DNA of 64,000 nt from a virus: IMG/VR virus record IMGVR_UViG_3300021420_000028, positions 2,570-66,569 of that record; one strand, 5' to 3'. Below the pieces are notes generated by a model that did no database searches, was not told the origin of the DNA, and saw only the letters and a program-made list of their open reading frames with translations. Made by a program: the position numbers and the translations under genes. Below are positions 35,420 through 45,960 of this stretch, piece after piece (the stretch's first letter is position 1; every line of letters begins with the position of its first letter).

Positions 35420-35772
35420 CCCCTCGCGATTTCAATCGGGGAACGTTGAAGCGCTTTTTCGAAAGAAAAATGGTGGTAGAGCGGCAGTGTGCCGTTGCCG
35501 CCGACATGAGTCTTAAAATAAAGACTCCCGTAGGGACATCCAATTCGGAGTGCAGCATGCGAGATATTGGCACGCCAGTCGAAAGTTTGACGTATAATTT
35601 TGTGCGCCATATAGGACAATTGTACCTGCCGGAAGGCTGTTGTTGCGATATGTACGGGTGCATAGAACTGTTTCAAAAAATTGATAAAAACGTGAGACGC
35701 ATTGATACTTTTTCCGGCATGGAGTCTGATACTATTTATATACGTAATGGAACTAATTGGTTTGCCACCTAG
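35416..35772 (+). CDS. AT-rich inserted hypothetical gene
   Basis: LPEGCCCDMYGCIELF; low GC relative to the flanks. Confidence 0.5.
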   Translation: MTPRDFNRGTLKRFFERKMVVERQCAVAADMSLKIKTPVGTSNSECSMRDIGTPVESLTYNFVRHIGQLYLPEGCCCDMYGCIELFQKIDKNVRRIDTFSGMESDTIYIRNGTNWFAT

Positions 35773-35791
35773 TTGAATGGAATAAGCTATT

Positions 35792-36358
35792 ATGATTAAC
35801 TCACTGGAAAAGAACATTGCCATGGTCCGTTGGCGAACCATATTCGTGCCGTTGCTCATCGGGGCTGCTTGCTCCGGGTGGGTGAGCGTCGATTTTTGGG
35901 ACGCAAGCAGACAAGCGTTGCTGGTGTGTCTTTCGGTCATAGCCGCAGGGGTGTTAGTCCGTCTCGCGCGTGCGCTTCCGTTCACCGTCGCTGACCAATA
36001 CGAGCTCGATGAAATCCGGAGCCTTACGAGCGCTGTCTCGCAAATAGCTCGATCGTTGCGGGCTCTGCTGATCGCGGTGCTTGTGGGGATGATTGGTCTA
36101 GTCGTCGCTAAACCGCTGCTTGATTTTGCAGCAGCCACTCCTGTTCTTGCCGAACATCTTGCGCTGGCCGGTTCGTCAATCTCAGGCCTACTTGGAGTCG
36201 TCATCGGATATGTGTTCTTTCGGATGCTGCAAGTGGTGAGCAGCGATCAAAGTCTGACGGAACTGCAATCAAAATTCATTGTACGCGCCGTCGAGCGCAA
36301 GCAGGCCGAACGATTTGAAAAGCAGCAGGCAAAGTTTTTCAAAGGAACGAACGAGTGA
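35792..36358 (+). CDS. four-TM membrane protein (moron-like)
   Basis: Four hydrophobic helices; inserted between ejection genes. Confidence 0.65.
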   Translation: MINSLEKNIAMVRWRTIFVPLLIGAACSGWVSVDFWDASRQALLVCLSVIAAGVLVRLARALPFTVADQYELDEIRSLTSAVSQIARSLRALLIAVLVGMIGLVVAKPLLDFAAATPVLAEHLALAGSSISGLLGVVIGYVFFRMLQVVSSDQSLTELQSKFIVRAVERKQAERFEKQQAKFFKGTNE

Positions 36359-38244
36359 CTGACGTTTTTGTAAACGATCCTCCGGCGCTTCCTGGTCCAG
36401 CCCTGTCCTGGAAACCGGGCGAGCCGCCTGTCGGACAGTCGGCCCTGCCGCAAGCCGCCCCTCCGCCCGGTCCCGCCCTTCCCGACTACGCGCCCTACGG
36501 CGGCGCCAACATGACCGGCCTGGCGCCGGGTTCCCCCGGCTATGTGTCGAGCCGCCTTGCCGGCGAAGCCGCGGCAAAGGGCGAGGCGCAAACTGACTTC
36601 GATCGGCGGGCGGAAGACCAGATGAGACAGGATCGCCAGAAGATGGCGCAATCCTACGACCTGGAGGCGGCCGATGCGCGCGATCCTGCCCTCCGGCCGT
36701 GGAACGCCGAGCAGGAGAAAGCCAAATACATCCGCGGCCCCATGGAGAACTTCGGCTCGGTCGGCATGATCTTCGCCATGGCTGCCTCCGCGTTCACCCG
36801 CACGCCCATGATCAGCGCCTTGAATGCGGGTGCCGCCGCCATGCAGGCAACTGCGCAGTCCGACGAGAAAGCGTACAAGCAGGCTTTCGACGCTTGGAAA
36901 AGCAATTCCGACCTGGCACTCAAGCGCTTCGACATGGAGCGCAACCTCTATGAGGACGCCAACAAGCTGCTGACGACCGACATGGGTCTCTGGAAGCAGA
37001 AAAGCTTGATGCTCGCGGCGCAGTTCGACAACCAGAAAATGCGAATCATGCTGGAAAACGGCATGGACAAGGAGGTGCTGGACGCGCAGGCCGCGCAGTT
37101 CAAGGCGGCGGAGGAGATGCGCAAGTCGAAGTTCGAGTTCGAGAAGCAGGATTTCTTCCGGCAGCAGTACGCGGATTCGATCAAAGAGTATCAAGACGCC
37201 CATCCGGGGGTGAACGATAAGAACAAGACGCCGGAATACGTGGCGTTTAAGGCCAAGGCGTGGAGTGATGCCCTGCGCGCTTCGCAAGGCGAGATGACCC
37301 CGGAGCAGCTCGCGCAGCTTCGCGCGACGGCGACAGGCTCGGCAGCAACGAAACCCGGCACTCCGTCGTCCGATAATGCCAAAAGAGACGCCGATATACG
37401 GGCGGCGAATCCCGGAATTAGCGATACCGACGTCATAAAAGAACGCAACCGGCAGATCAAGGAAGAAAAAGAAACCAAGCCGACCATGAATGCTGCTGGT
37501 ATTGATCTCGCTGCCAATATGTTCATCAAAGGTAATCCGGCCGCCATGACCAACGTCGGACGCGGAGTGCAAGGCGCGGCTAACCTCAACGCCATAAGGA
37601 ATCGGGCCGCCGAGCTTCTCCAAGAACGCGGTTTGAATCCTGAAGAATCGGCCACATTGATCAACGAGAATACCGCGGCGTTCCAAGGCGACAAGCGCGG
37701 TGCGGCCAATTTGGCGTTGCGTTCTTCCCAGATCATCGGGGCATCGACGGTCGCGCTGAACACCATGGATCGCGTGCTTGAAACGTCCAGGAAGGTGTCT
37801 CGCACCGAATTTTCGGACATCAACAAGATATTGTTAGCCGGTGAACAGCGCACCGGAGATACGAACGTCATCAATTACGGTATCGCGTTGAATACGCTTA
37901 TTAACAACTATGCTCGGGCAATTGGTGCCGGGAGCAACGCGCTGACCGACACGGCCCGCAGGGAAGCGCACGAATTGCTCGAAAAATCGTGGAGTCAAGG
38001 TCAGATCGAGTCCGCGATCGGGCAGTTGAAGAAAGAACTTCATGACGAATTGAGAGGCGCGCAGGAAGCGCGCAAGATTTGGGCGGAAGGCGGTTCGGCA
38101 GTGCCTGAATTGGGCAGCGGAGCCGTTACAGGAACTCCGAAAGTGCCGCCTGTGAATCTTCTCAAGGAAGGCACGATTACCCCCTTCGGCGATAAGGGTG
38201 ATTGGACTTTGCGGAACGGTAAGCCTGTTCGGGTTGATCAATAA
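36355..38244 (+). CDS. DNA ejection/internal virion protein
   Basis: 629 aa, helical, Ala/Gln/Glu-rich; position in the module. Confidence 0.6.
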   Translation: MTDVFVNDPPALPGPALSWKPGEPPVGQSALPQAAPPPGPALPDYAPYGGANMTGLAPGSPGYVSSRLAGEAAAKGEAQTDFDRRAEDQMRQDRQKMAQSYDLEAADARDPALRPWNAEQEKAKYIRGPMENFGSVGMIFAMAASAFTRTPMISALNAGAAAMQATAQSDEKAYKQAFDAWKSNSDLALKRFDMERNLYEDANKLLTTDMGLWKQKSLMLAAQFDNQKMRIMLENGMDKEVLDAQAAQFKAAEEMRKSKFEFEKQDFFRQQYADSIKEYQDAHPGVNDKNKTPEYVAFKAKAWSDALRASQGEMTPEQLAQLRATATGSAATKPGTPSSDNAKRDADIRAANPGISDTDVIKERNRQIKEEKETKPTMNAAGIDLAANMFIKGNPAAMTNVGRGVQGAANLNAIRNRAAELLQERGLNPEESATLINENTAAFQGDKRGAANLALRSSQIIGASTVALNTMDRVLETSRKVSRTEFSDINKILLAGEQRTGDTNVINYGIALNTLINNYARAIGAGSNALTDTARREAHELLEKSWSQGQIESAIGQLKKELHDELRGAQEARKIWAEGGSAVPELGSGAVTGTPKVPPVNLLKEGTITPFGDKGDWTLRNGKPVRVDQ

Positions 38245-41200
38245 TGGCGACCGAACTCCCAGAAATCATCGTCACGGCGGACGAAACGCCGAAAAAGCCG
38301 CCTGTTGATACGGGACCTGCCGCAGTTGTCGCTCAAGAAGGGCCTGCAACCGCCGTCGAGGACGGCGAGTGGAAGGTCAGCGGCCCTGAGCGCCCCGATA
38401 CTGATGAGTGGAAGGTCAGCGGCCCTGAGCGCCCCGACAAGTCGACCGTGCTCGGTCAGATGGGGACCGGGTTCATGGACCCGGTCGAGGGCGGCGGGCA
38501 GTTGATCTCTAACATACTCCCCAAACCAGTGCGCGAGACGCTCGATACGTTCAATAACTGGGCGGCCAAGCACTCGGGCGGATTGATTCGCGAACTGCCC
38601 CCCGGTGGCAAAAACCAGCAAATGCAGGAGCGCGAGGCCGCAATCCAGGAACAGCGTGGCGCCAACAAGGATAACATCGATTGGTCGCGCATGGGCGGCG
38701 ACCTGCTTAACCCGATCAACTATGTTGGTGGAGGTGGGATCGGCGGCGCAAGCAAACTGGTCAATGCCGGCCGCGCATTCTTAGGCGGTGCGAGTTCCGG
38801 CGCGATCCAACCTGCTTCCGATCCCGACTACTGGCGCGAGAAGCAGAAGCAAGTTGGACTGGGAGCAGCATTCGGTCTGGTAGCAGGCGCGGCAGCTTCC
38901 GCGGTTGGAAAGGGCTTGGATGCTGTCGGCGCTGTTTTAGCGCGCAAGAATCCCGAATTCTTGGAAAACAACTACATTAAGGAAATAATAAAGCGTATCG
39001 GTCAGGACGAGAAAGTTGGCGGGCCTTCGGCGCAGGATATGATTGATATTGTCAACGCTGGCAAGAAACCGTTGACCTTGGCCGATGCAGCTTTACCAAA
39101 AGGGAACGTGCGAGGACTCGCAGGCAGCGTTGCTCGACAACCCGGCGAATCGAAAGCGATTGCAGCCCAATTGATAGGTAAGCGTGACGAGGCGGCAGCG
39201 CAGCGTATTCGTCAGGACATCGAAACCTACATGCACGGCGGCGATTCCGCTTACCAAACCAACGAGATGTTGCTTGCCGCGCGCAGCTCGGCATCGACTC
39301 CTGCTTATAACGCTGCTTACAAATTAAAAAACATATGGAGTCCTCGTCTTCAGCAGTTTATCGACGATCCAGATTTCAAAAAGGGACTGAATCGCGGTTG
39401 GCATCTCGAACGCCTGCGCGCCCTTGCAGAAGGGCGCAAGATCACGGCGACCGAACTCGGGGTCGATATCGACATGGAGGGTAATGTCAATCTGATAGAA
39501 GTGCCGAACATGCGCTTGCTCGACATGGCGAAGCGCGGTTTGGACGCCATGATAGCTGATACGCGCGATCCGATTACCGGACGATTGTCGGCGCACGGAG
39601 TAGCTTTGAATCAGGCGCGGCACGCCTACGTCAAGGAATTGGAGGCGCTCGACACCAGCGGTGCTTACAAGCGTGCCAGGCAGGCATGGGAAGGCCCGTC
39701 GGCTAGCCGCGACGCTGTCCAACTCGGCCGTGCCGTGTTCCAGTATTCCCCGGAAGAAATGGCGGCTGAGGTAGCGAAGCTATCGCCTGCCAACCGGGAA
39801 TTTGGTCGCATCGGCGTTGCTGACGTTTTGCAGGAAAGGCTTGCCAAGACCGGCTTGCATGGAGACGAGGCCAAGGCGATCCTTAAGAATTCGTGGACGC
39901 GAGAACAACTGCGACCGTGGTTCCGGTCGCCGGCTGATTTTGACAAGTTCGTTGATTCCATCACGACTGAAACTAAGATGTTTGAGGCTGGTTCCGAGTG
40001 GGTGGGAGGTTCGGCGACGGCCGGGCGGGTAGCTGAAGACACAGGCGGTAATGGACTGAAGGTGGCGTTTGATGCCGCCCGGATAGCGCGCGATCTGGCT
40101 AGTGGCGCGTGGGGACCTGTACGTGCGGCGGTTAATTCGTGGCGCCTTTATCGCGATCTGACGACGAAGAACGACCCCGCTTTCAATGAAAAAATCGCCC
40201 AAATCCTGTTCGCAACCCGCATCTCGCCCGAGACCGCGGCCAAATTGACCGGCAAAACCCCCCTCAATACCGTTAACCCACTGGAGAAGACCGGCGCGGC
40301 CGTGTCGGCAGGCGGCGTACCTGCCGCTGCTGCAGTGGGAGTGCCGCAGGCGCAGGATCGAGGCGGTTCTAGCGCCCCCCAACAAAATCCATCAAGTGGT
40401 AACCAGCTACCTCAAGGCAAACCAGCACCGCACGCCCAGTTGCAAAGGCCGCCCGGCGCGGTGCTGTCGGATGAGAGTCCTGATCCCGTTCGTCCCGGCG
40501 CGCAGTACGCCTCAAATGAACCGGCGAAACCCGAGAGCGCTCTGCCGCAAGAACCCTCTAATTTCCTGGCTGACGCCGATCCGGCTCAGCAGGCGCAACA
40601 AGCCCGCGAGGTCGCGGCACAGCGGCAGCGCCAGGCCGTCCAGCCCGCCGAGGGACGCCAGGAAGGCGCGTTCACCGACGCGCTGTTCGATGCGCTCATT
40701 CCCGGCCGCGCCGCTGTCCGGTCGCTGACGCAGGGCGAGTACGGGCAAGCCGCCGTGGAGGCCGGCATGTCCGCGGTGCCTTATGGCGGCAAAGCACTTG
40801 GAGCGGCGTTGCAGGCCGCGCCGATGCTGACAAAAGCCGTTGCCGCTTCTACCGCCGCCCTGACATCGTTGTTCATGGATACGTCGGAAGGCGCTTCCAA
40901 GCTCTCGCCCGAAGACCAGTCACGAATCCGGATGATGCAAGAAAAGTCCAAGCAGGAACAGCAGAACCGGGCCAAGGATGCTGAGCTGCGGAAGAAGGAA
41001 GCCGACGAAAAGGCGGATCGCGACGCCAAAGCCGCTCAAGCTGCGGCGCAGACTCAGGCTGATTTGCAGGCAAAACTTGCCCGGATCGAGGCAGACAAGC
41101 AGCGCGAGCAAGCCAAGATCGAGGACGAAAGACGCCGAGCCGAGCAAAAGGCAGCCGAAGATGCTATTATAGCTAACGCTAATGAGAACAAGCGCTTGGC

Positions 41201-41921
41201 TGAGCGGCCTTTCCGGGAGAAGCACCCGGAGGCGGCATTGGCCATGTTCATGGGCGGCATCGCCGCGGCATCAATTCTCCCCGGCGCCACTCAGGCTTAC
41301 AAACAGTGGGCGTTCAACTCGTACCTGAAGGATTGGGAAAAGCTGGACGCGGCTGCCGCGCAGGCTCTTAAAACCGGTACCCGCGAAGAGCAGCAACTCG
41401 CGGTCAACCGCTTGTCCGCCGCGGCGGCGGAATTGGCAAAGCGCGAAGGCAAGCTGGAAAAATATCCGTGGCTAACTCAGCTGGCCGCACCTACTGTAGC
41501 GATGGAGATGAGCGCGCTGCCGGCAGAAATAGACATCGCTCAACCGGTCGGCACGAAGGCACACGAGTCAGCCGTGGAGTATTATACCGACCCCGCCACG
41601 CTCGGAAGCTTGGCAGCTGTCGGCGCTGGCGGCTTTGGAGTTGGGCATTTCTCTCGCGAAGCGGCCGAGGGGTTGCTGCCTAAAGGCAAAATTCCCGCCG
41701 GCACGTCGGGCACTATCAAGACGTTCGAGGAGCGTAACACGGCTGAAGCAATCGCAGCAGAAGCTGCGGCCAAGAAGAAGGCTGAATCTGTCGCGAAGCG
41801 CAAAGCAACGCTTGAAGCGAAAAAGAAGGCCGAAGCCAAAGCGGAAAAGAAGGAAGAGGAGCCGCGCAAGGCCAAGGTACCGCGCGGCGGCTCTAAGATT
41901 TACGGACTGAGGGACGAATGA
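38244..41921 (+). CDS. large DNA ejection/internal virion protein
   Basis: 1225 aa, helical, with hydrophobic Gly/Ala segments; last of three ejection-like genes. Confidence 0.65.
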   Translation: MATELPEIIVTADETPKKPPVDTGPAAVVAQEGPATAVEDGEWKVSGPERPDTDEWKVSGPERPDKSTVLGQMGTGFMDPVEGGGQLISNILPKPVRETLDTFNNWAAKHSGGLIRELPPGGKNQQMQEREAAIQEQRGANKDNIDWSRMGGDLLNPINYVGGGGIGGASKLVNAGRAFLGGASSGAIQPASDPDYWREKQKQVGLGAAFGLVAGAAASAVGKGLDAVGAVLARKNPEFLENNYIKEIIKRIGQDEKVGGPSAQDMIDIVNAGKKPLTLADAALPKGNVRGLAGSVARQPGESKAIAAQLIGKRDEAAAQRIRQDIETYMHGGDSAYQTNEMLLAARSSASTPAYNAAYKLKNIWSPRLQQFIDDPDFKKGLNRGWHLERLRALAEGRKITATELGVDIDMEGNVNLIEVPNMRLLDMAKRGLDAMIADTRDPITGRLSAHGVALNQARHAYVKELEALDTSGAYKRARQAWEGPSASRDAVQLGRAVFQYSPEEMAAEVAKLSPANREFGRIGVADVLQERLAKTGLHGDEAKAILKNSWTREQLRPWFRSPADFDKFVDSITTETKMFEAGSEWVGGSATAGRVAEDTGGNGLKVAFDAARIARDLASGAWGPVRAAVNSWRLYRDLTTKNDPAFNEKIAQILFATRISPETAAKLTGKTPLNTVNPLEKTGAAVSAGGVPAAAAVGVPQAQDRGGSSAPQQNPSSGNQLPQGKPAPHAQLQRPPGAVLSDESPDPVRPGAQYASNEPAKPESALPQEPSNFLADADPAQQAQQAREVAAQRQRQAVQPAEGRQEGAFTDALFDALIPGRAAVRSLTQGEYGQAAVEAGMSAVPYGGKALGAALQAAPMLTKAVAASTAALTSLFMDTSEGASKLSPEDQSRIRMMQEKSKQEQQNRAKDAELRKKEADEKADRDAKAAQAAAQTQADLQAKLARIEADKQREQAKIEDERRRAEQKAAEDAIIANANENKRLAERPFREKHPEAALAMFMGGIAAASILPGATQAYKQWAFNSYLKDWEKLDAAAAQALKTGTREEQQLAVNRLSAAAAELAKREGKLEKYPWLTQLAAPTVAMEMSALPAEIDIAQPVGTKAHESAVEYYTDPATLGSLAAVGAGGFGVGHFSREAAEGLLPKGKIPAGTSGTIKTFEERNTAEAIAAEAAAKKKAESVAKRKATLEAKKKAEAKAEKKEEEPRKAKVPRGGSKIYGLRDE
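38367..38437 (+). repeat. in-frame tandem repeat, 39-bp period (EWKVSGPERPD x2)
   Basis: gagtggaaggtcagcggccctgagcgccccga at 38367 and 38406. Confidence 0.9.
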
Positions 41922-42157
41922 GCGCCAAGGAGAAGATCGAGGAACTCGCGCTGCGCGTCGCCCAAGATGCGCTGGATCCGAGCGCGACCCCCGAAGACCG
42001 CCGCGAGGCGTTGAAAATCCTTAATCCGCACTATACGATGCTGTTGAAATCTAAAGTAAAGGATGACTTGCCCGCCGAAGGCGGGTTCGACTTTGATCGA
42101 TTCAACCAGGAGAACCGCGATGGTCGACCCGGAAATATACGACGAGTTGCGTCCTGA
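41918..42157 (+). CDS. hypothetical protein
   Basis: ATGA-coupled, GAGGG RBS. Confidence 0.6.
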   Translation: MSAKEKIEELALRVAQDALDPSATPEDRREALKILNPHYTMLLKSKVKDDLPAEGGFDFDRFNQENRDGRPGNIRRVAS

Positions 42158-42290
42158 TCCGAAGCAGCCTCCTGTCATGCTTGAACCGTGGCAGTGGGAG
42201 ATTTGGCAACCGCTATTGGACCGCCTGAAGAAGGAAAAACGCGATGAGCGACCCGGCACGAAAGTGGGAAGTCATTCAGGACGAGCCTGA
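42120..42290 (+). CDS. hypothetical protein
   Basis: AGGAG RBS before ATG 42120; overlaps neighbours. Confidence 0.4.
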   Translation: MVDPEIYDELRPDPKQPPVMLEPWQWEIWQPLLDRLKKEKRDERPGTKVGSHSGRA

Positions 42291-42549
42291 AGAGACGGAT
42301 GCTCCTTTGACAAAGGCTCAGGAGCGACAAGACGCCGCACCTCCTGGGCTCGATCTCCTGTTGCTGAGCTTGAAGACGCTGTCTCAGCGCACGCTCTCTG
42401 CCATCGCCAATCTCTTCACCCTGGTGACCATGACAGGCACGTGGTGGTTGTGGTACAAGACGCCGGATCCTAATCCGACCCAGATCGTGTCTCTATCGAT
42501 CTTCGCCGCGTTCGTGCTTGCGGCCAATTGGCTGGTGAGGCGGAAATGA
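42244..42549 (+). CDS. two-TM membrane protein
   Basis: Acidic N-terminus, two C-terminal TM helices, basic end. Confidence 0.65.
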   Translation: MSDPARKWEVIQDEPEETDAPLTKAQERQDAAPPGLDLLLLSLKTLSQRTLSAIANLFTLVTMTGTWWLWYKTPDPNPTQIVSLSIFAAFVLAANWLVRRK

Positions 42550-42998
42550 AGCGAAACGCTCTTGTAGTCGTATTCACTACAATATTATTGCTGGTCGCTG
42601 GAGTCAACCCGCTTCGAGCGCAAAGCAATGTGCGTCTTGCGCCCCCAAACCTTGGGCTCCAGAGCCAAACTTGCGGCTCGGCCGTGTCAAGCTGCGTCTT
42701 GAAGGCCAGCAACGGCTTCTTGCTGGGGGTTTACGCCGAATGCACGGCGGCTTGCTGGATCATGGTGTTCAATACTACAACCGCGCCAAGCAACGGATCT
42801 ACGACTGCGGGGGACGGAAGCGGGGCGTCCGGTAACTTGGTCGATTGCGTCGACGTGGCGGCGGGTTCGTCCCGATCCCTCACTTATCCGAATTACCCCG
42901 TATGGTATTCGGTCGGAATCACGGTTGCCATCAGCTCAACCGCGTGTGCCACGCTGACACTTTCCACGGTTGGTTTTGTGCGAGGAACCTATCAATGA
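42546..42998 (+). CDS. signal-peptide-bearing beta-sandwich protein (6 Cys)
   Basis: MKRNALVVVFTTILLLVAGVNPLRA-Q signal peptide. Confidence 0.7.
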   Translation: MKRNALVVVFTTILLLVAGVNPLRAQSNVRLAPPNLGLQSQTCGSAVSSCVLKASNGFLLGVYAECTAACWIMVFNTTTAPSNGSTTAGDGSGASGNLVDCVDVAAGSSRSLTYPNYPVWYSVGITVAISSTACATLTLSTVGFVRGTYQ

Positions 42999-43972
42999 TC
43001 TGGAGAATCCTCGTATTAATGCTGCTTGCCCACGCTGCTTGGGCACAGCAGATATCGGGCGGCGCTGGGGGCGGCTCATCTTCTTCCCTCGTCATCGGCA
43101 CCACGGCGATCACGGGATGCGGCACAAGCGGGTTTGTGCTGTATAACAACTCCAGCGCCGTAGGCTGTGAAGCGACTATCGTTTCCGGATCCTCGGCGAC
43201 AAGCGGCTGCGGGTTCAGTTCCACTGGAAACTTTGGCGGGGTTTTGTGGAATAACAACGGGGTAGTAAACTGCGCTGTAAATGTGCTCTCGACTGACGGC
43301 TTATCCAGCTTTCGGATTAGCAGCGGTAGCGGCGGAACGTATGGGACCGTTCAGATATGGGATGTTGCGGGGACGGGCAGTAGGGCTGTTTTCATAGGCG
43401 GGGCGTCATTCGGAATTGCACAGTATTCGACGGCGCGCTATGCCTGGAATTCTTCCGCCTCTGGCGATGTTCTAGGCTCGATCGACACGACACTATGCCG
43501 ACAAGGTGTCGGTATTGTCGAGATTGGTTCTGGGACGGGATGTGGAGCCAGCGGCAGTCTACTCACGACGAATATCACAGCCAGCGGCGCAAACGTGCTG
43601 TTTAGTGGGATAAACGCCACGACCGAGACGGACATGCTTTGCTTCAATACGAGCACGGGCCTCGTTACGCACAGCACCGTCGCTCAGCAATGCACGGTCT
43701 CGGATGCAAATCTCAAGCAGGAAATCACTCCGATTGACCCGCGCCGAGCGCTCGCTGTCGTGACTGGTTTTGATCCGATCGAGTTTCACTATCGTCCCGA
43801 AGCCGATATGGGCAGCGATTTGCACATGGGTTTTACGATGCAGCGGGTGGCATCCATCGAACCGAAACTGGCAACACCTAATGGCATCAAATATGGCGAG
43901 TTAAGCCCATGGCTGGTCGCAGCGATTCAGCAATTGAAAGCCGAGATTGATGCTTTGAAGGCGGCTAAATGA
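42995..43972 (+). CDS. tail fibre with C-terminal intramolecular chaperone (peptidase S74) and N-terminal signal peptide
   Basis: MIWRILVLMLLAHAAWA-QQ; SDANLKQEI autocleavage motif, GF..Q and Y..L...LVAAIQQL coiled end. Confidence 0.8.
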   Translation: MIWRILVLMLLAHAAWAQQISGGAGGGSSSSLVIGTTAITGCGTSGFVLYNNSSAVGCEATIVSGSSATSGCGFSSTGNFGGVLWNNNGVVNCAVNVLSTDGLSSFRISSGSGGTYGTVQIWDVAGTGSRAVFIGGASFGIAQYSTARYAWNSSASGDVLGSIDTTLCRQGVGIVEIGSGTGCGASGSLLTTNITASGANVLFSGINATTETDMLCFNTSTGLVTHSTVAQQCTVSDANLKQEITPIDPRRALAVVTGFDPIEFHYRPEADMGSDLHMGFTMQRVASIEPKLATPNGIKYGELSPWLVAAIQQLKAEIDALKAAK

Positions 43973-45228
43973 TAAAAGTCATTGCCGCTATTCTTCTGTC
44001 GACGCTACCTTGCTGTGCAGTGACGTGTGCAGATTTCAAATATGATTATTATCCCTGCCAGAGATTAAATGCGGAATCGTTTCAGGGTATCACAATCGGT
44101 GACCAGATAGCTGCCTGCGTAGCGGCGCTCCCGCCCTCTGGCGGCATTTGCAATGCTCGCGATCTTCCTTCCGGCGGGACCGTCCCAGGATTAACTATTA
44201 CGCAAAGCGGCGTCACAATCGTTGGCCCGTGTGGGACTTTCAATGTCACGGGTACGATCAACATATATAATCCTGACGGAATTTCGGCCTTCAAGTGGGA
44301 GATGTGCGGATCATCTTTCAACGGAAACGGTACCACTCTGGTTTGGCAAGGGGATGCAGCAAGTCCGATGTTTCGCCTGCGCGGCGTGCGCGATTCGATT
44401 TTAAGCGATTTCAGCATTAATTCGAGTTCAGCATTCCCCCTCGCAGAAGGTATCAGATTGGAGACTGCAACGGGGACGACCTCTACTCATCGTATCTATC
44501 GAAATGTAAAGATGAACGGGACCAATACTGGCGGCCTGATTAAAGGCATGCGATGGTGCATCGGCGATGACTGCGGTGGGGCCGGGCCGGACGGCAACAA
44601 TGATGTGGACCTCATCGACGGCGTGCAGGTAGCGAATTACACCAACTGTGCTTTTTCGATCGAAGGCACCCAATCGAAGGCGCATCAGTTCACGGGGCAG
44701 TCATTCTTCGCGGGAAATCAGATCGGCCAGCGTGGCGTCTGTACCACGCAGGCCGCCAACCCTCTCCGTAACTCGGGAAGTTATCATTGGCAAGGCGGCG
44801 CTGGCGGCGGCAATACGGTCGCTGATTTCGATCTCGGCAATCCGAACGACACGATCACGATTCGGGATTTCAATCTCGAAAACTCGGCTCGCCTGCTGCA
44901 GACCGGACCCGTAAGTTCGAGCACGTTTCCCCTTACAATCAGCGGCGGGCGCTGGGCGGCAAACAAGCTCGCTCCCGACAACATCGTCGTGCTGTATCAA
45001 TGGAACGGCCCGTTGTTCGTCGAGGGATCGAATATCGAGGGAGCACCACAGAACGCAACCCCATCGATCAGCCTCACATTTCCAGGCGCGACCGGTGTGG
45101 CGATCGGCAATTCGATCTCATGGGTGCCGGCATCGAGCGGCGGGCAGCCATTCATCGGCAGTGGGACGTGGCAGAAGACGGGTAACCTGCTCACGGACAA
45201 TGCCGGCAACGTGTTCCCGATTCAATGA
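43969..45228 (+). CDS. tailspike-like beta-helix protein with signal peptide
   Basis: MIKVIAAILLSTLPCCA; I.AC.AALP.SGG cap helix; N/G-rich beta-helix repeats. Confidence 0.7.
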   Translation: MIKVIAAILLSTLPCCAVTCADFKYDYYPCQRLNAESFQGITIGDQIAACVAALPPSGGICNARDLPSGGTVPGLTITQSGVTIVGPCGTFNVTGTINIYNPDGISAFKWEMCGSSFNGNGTTLVWQGDAASPMFRLRGVRDSILSDFSINSSSAFPLAEGIRLETATGTTSTHRIYRNVKMNGTNTGGLIKGMRWCIGDDCGGAGPDGNNDVDLIDGVQVANYTNCAFSIEGTQSKAHQFTGQSFFAGNQIGQRGVCTTQAANPLRNSGSYHWQGGAGGGNTVADFDLGNPNDTITIRDFNLENSARLLQTGPVSSSTFPLTISGGRWAANKLAPDNIVVLYQWNGPLFVEGSNIEGAPQNATPSISLTFPGATGVAIGNSISWVPASSGGQPFIGSGTWQKTGNLLTDNAGNVFPIQ

Positions 45229-45232
45229 GGGT

Positions 45233-45463
45233 ATGATGGTGCGCGCTATCGCTATTCTGCTTTGCCTCGCCACTCCTGCCCTGGCTCAGCAGCTCCCGCC
45301 GCTCGATCCTGCCGTCCAGCTCGGCGTCTGCCAGCAGCAGCGTGCCCGCTTTCTCGACGACAGCGAGAAGGCGTCGGCCTACGCGAACCAGTTCCTTGCC
45401 GAGATCGCCGATCTGAAAAAGAAGCTTGCCGAAGCAGAGGCGAAGATTCCGAAAGAAAGATAA
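45233..45463 (+). CDS. small signal-peptide coiled-coil protein
   Basis: MMVRAIAILLCLATPALA-QQ; C-terminal heptads. Confidence 0.7.
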   Translation: MMVRAIAILLCLATPALAQQLPPLDPAVQLGVCQQQRARFLDDSEKASAYANQFLAEIADLKKKLAEAEAKIPKER

Positions 45464-45464
45464 A

Positions 45465-45956
45465 ATGACTACGGTCCAGCAAAGCGGCGCTCCGACTCCC
45501 TATCACATCGCCCAATGGCTAGCGAACGGTGTGATCGGAGATGGTGGGGCAATGCCAACAGGACGACTTATCGTCTCCGGCCGCGGGCTAAATTTCAATA
45601 CGACTGCCGATCAGCCGATCGCAATCCCGCAATACATCACCGCCTTCCGGATCGCCAACATCATCATCACCAATGCTTCGATCAGCCTGACGACGGCGCA
45701 AGGCGGGTTCTACCCGGCCGCCTCCAAGGGCGGCACGCCGATCGTGGCGAACTCGCAGGCGTACTCGGCGCTGACGACGTCGGCCGGGCTGATGACTGCC
45801 GCGCTGGCGCCATTTGGATCCGGCACGCGGTTCTCGGCGGCGAATCTCGGGACGATCGGCGGTCTCCTTGCAATCTGGTTTTCGCTTTCGGTTGCTCAAG
45901 GTGCGGCAGCGGCAGCGACTGCGGACATCTACTTCGTAATTGATAATTTGAGTTGA
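45465..45956 (+). CDS. virion fibre-module protein without signal peptide
   Basis: N-terminus VQQSG.PTPYH...W..NGVIGD shared with the mature 45961 protein; no Cys. Confidence 0.65.
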   Translation: MTTVQQSGAPTPYHIAQWLANGVIGDGGAMPTGRLIVSGRGLNFNTTADQPIAIPQYITAFRIANIIITNASISLTTAQGGFYPAASKGGTPIVANSQAYSALTTSAGLMTAALAPFGSGTRFSAANLGTIGGLLAIWFSLSVAQGAAAAATADIYFVIDNLS

Positions 45957-45960
45957 GCGC

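Noticed and set aside
42120-42290. LEPWQ motif resembling a terminase N-terminus
   Set aside because: Five-residue match with no other terminase features.
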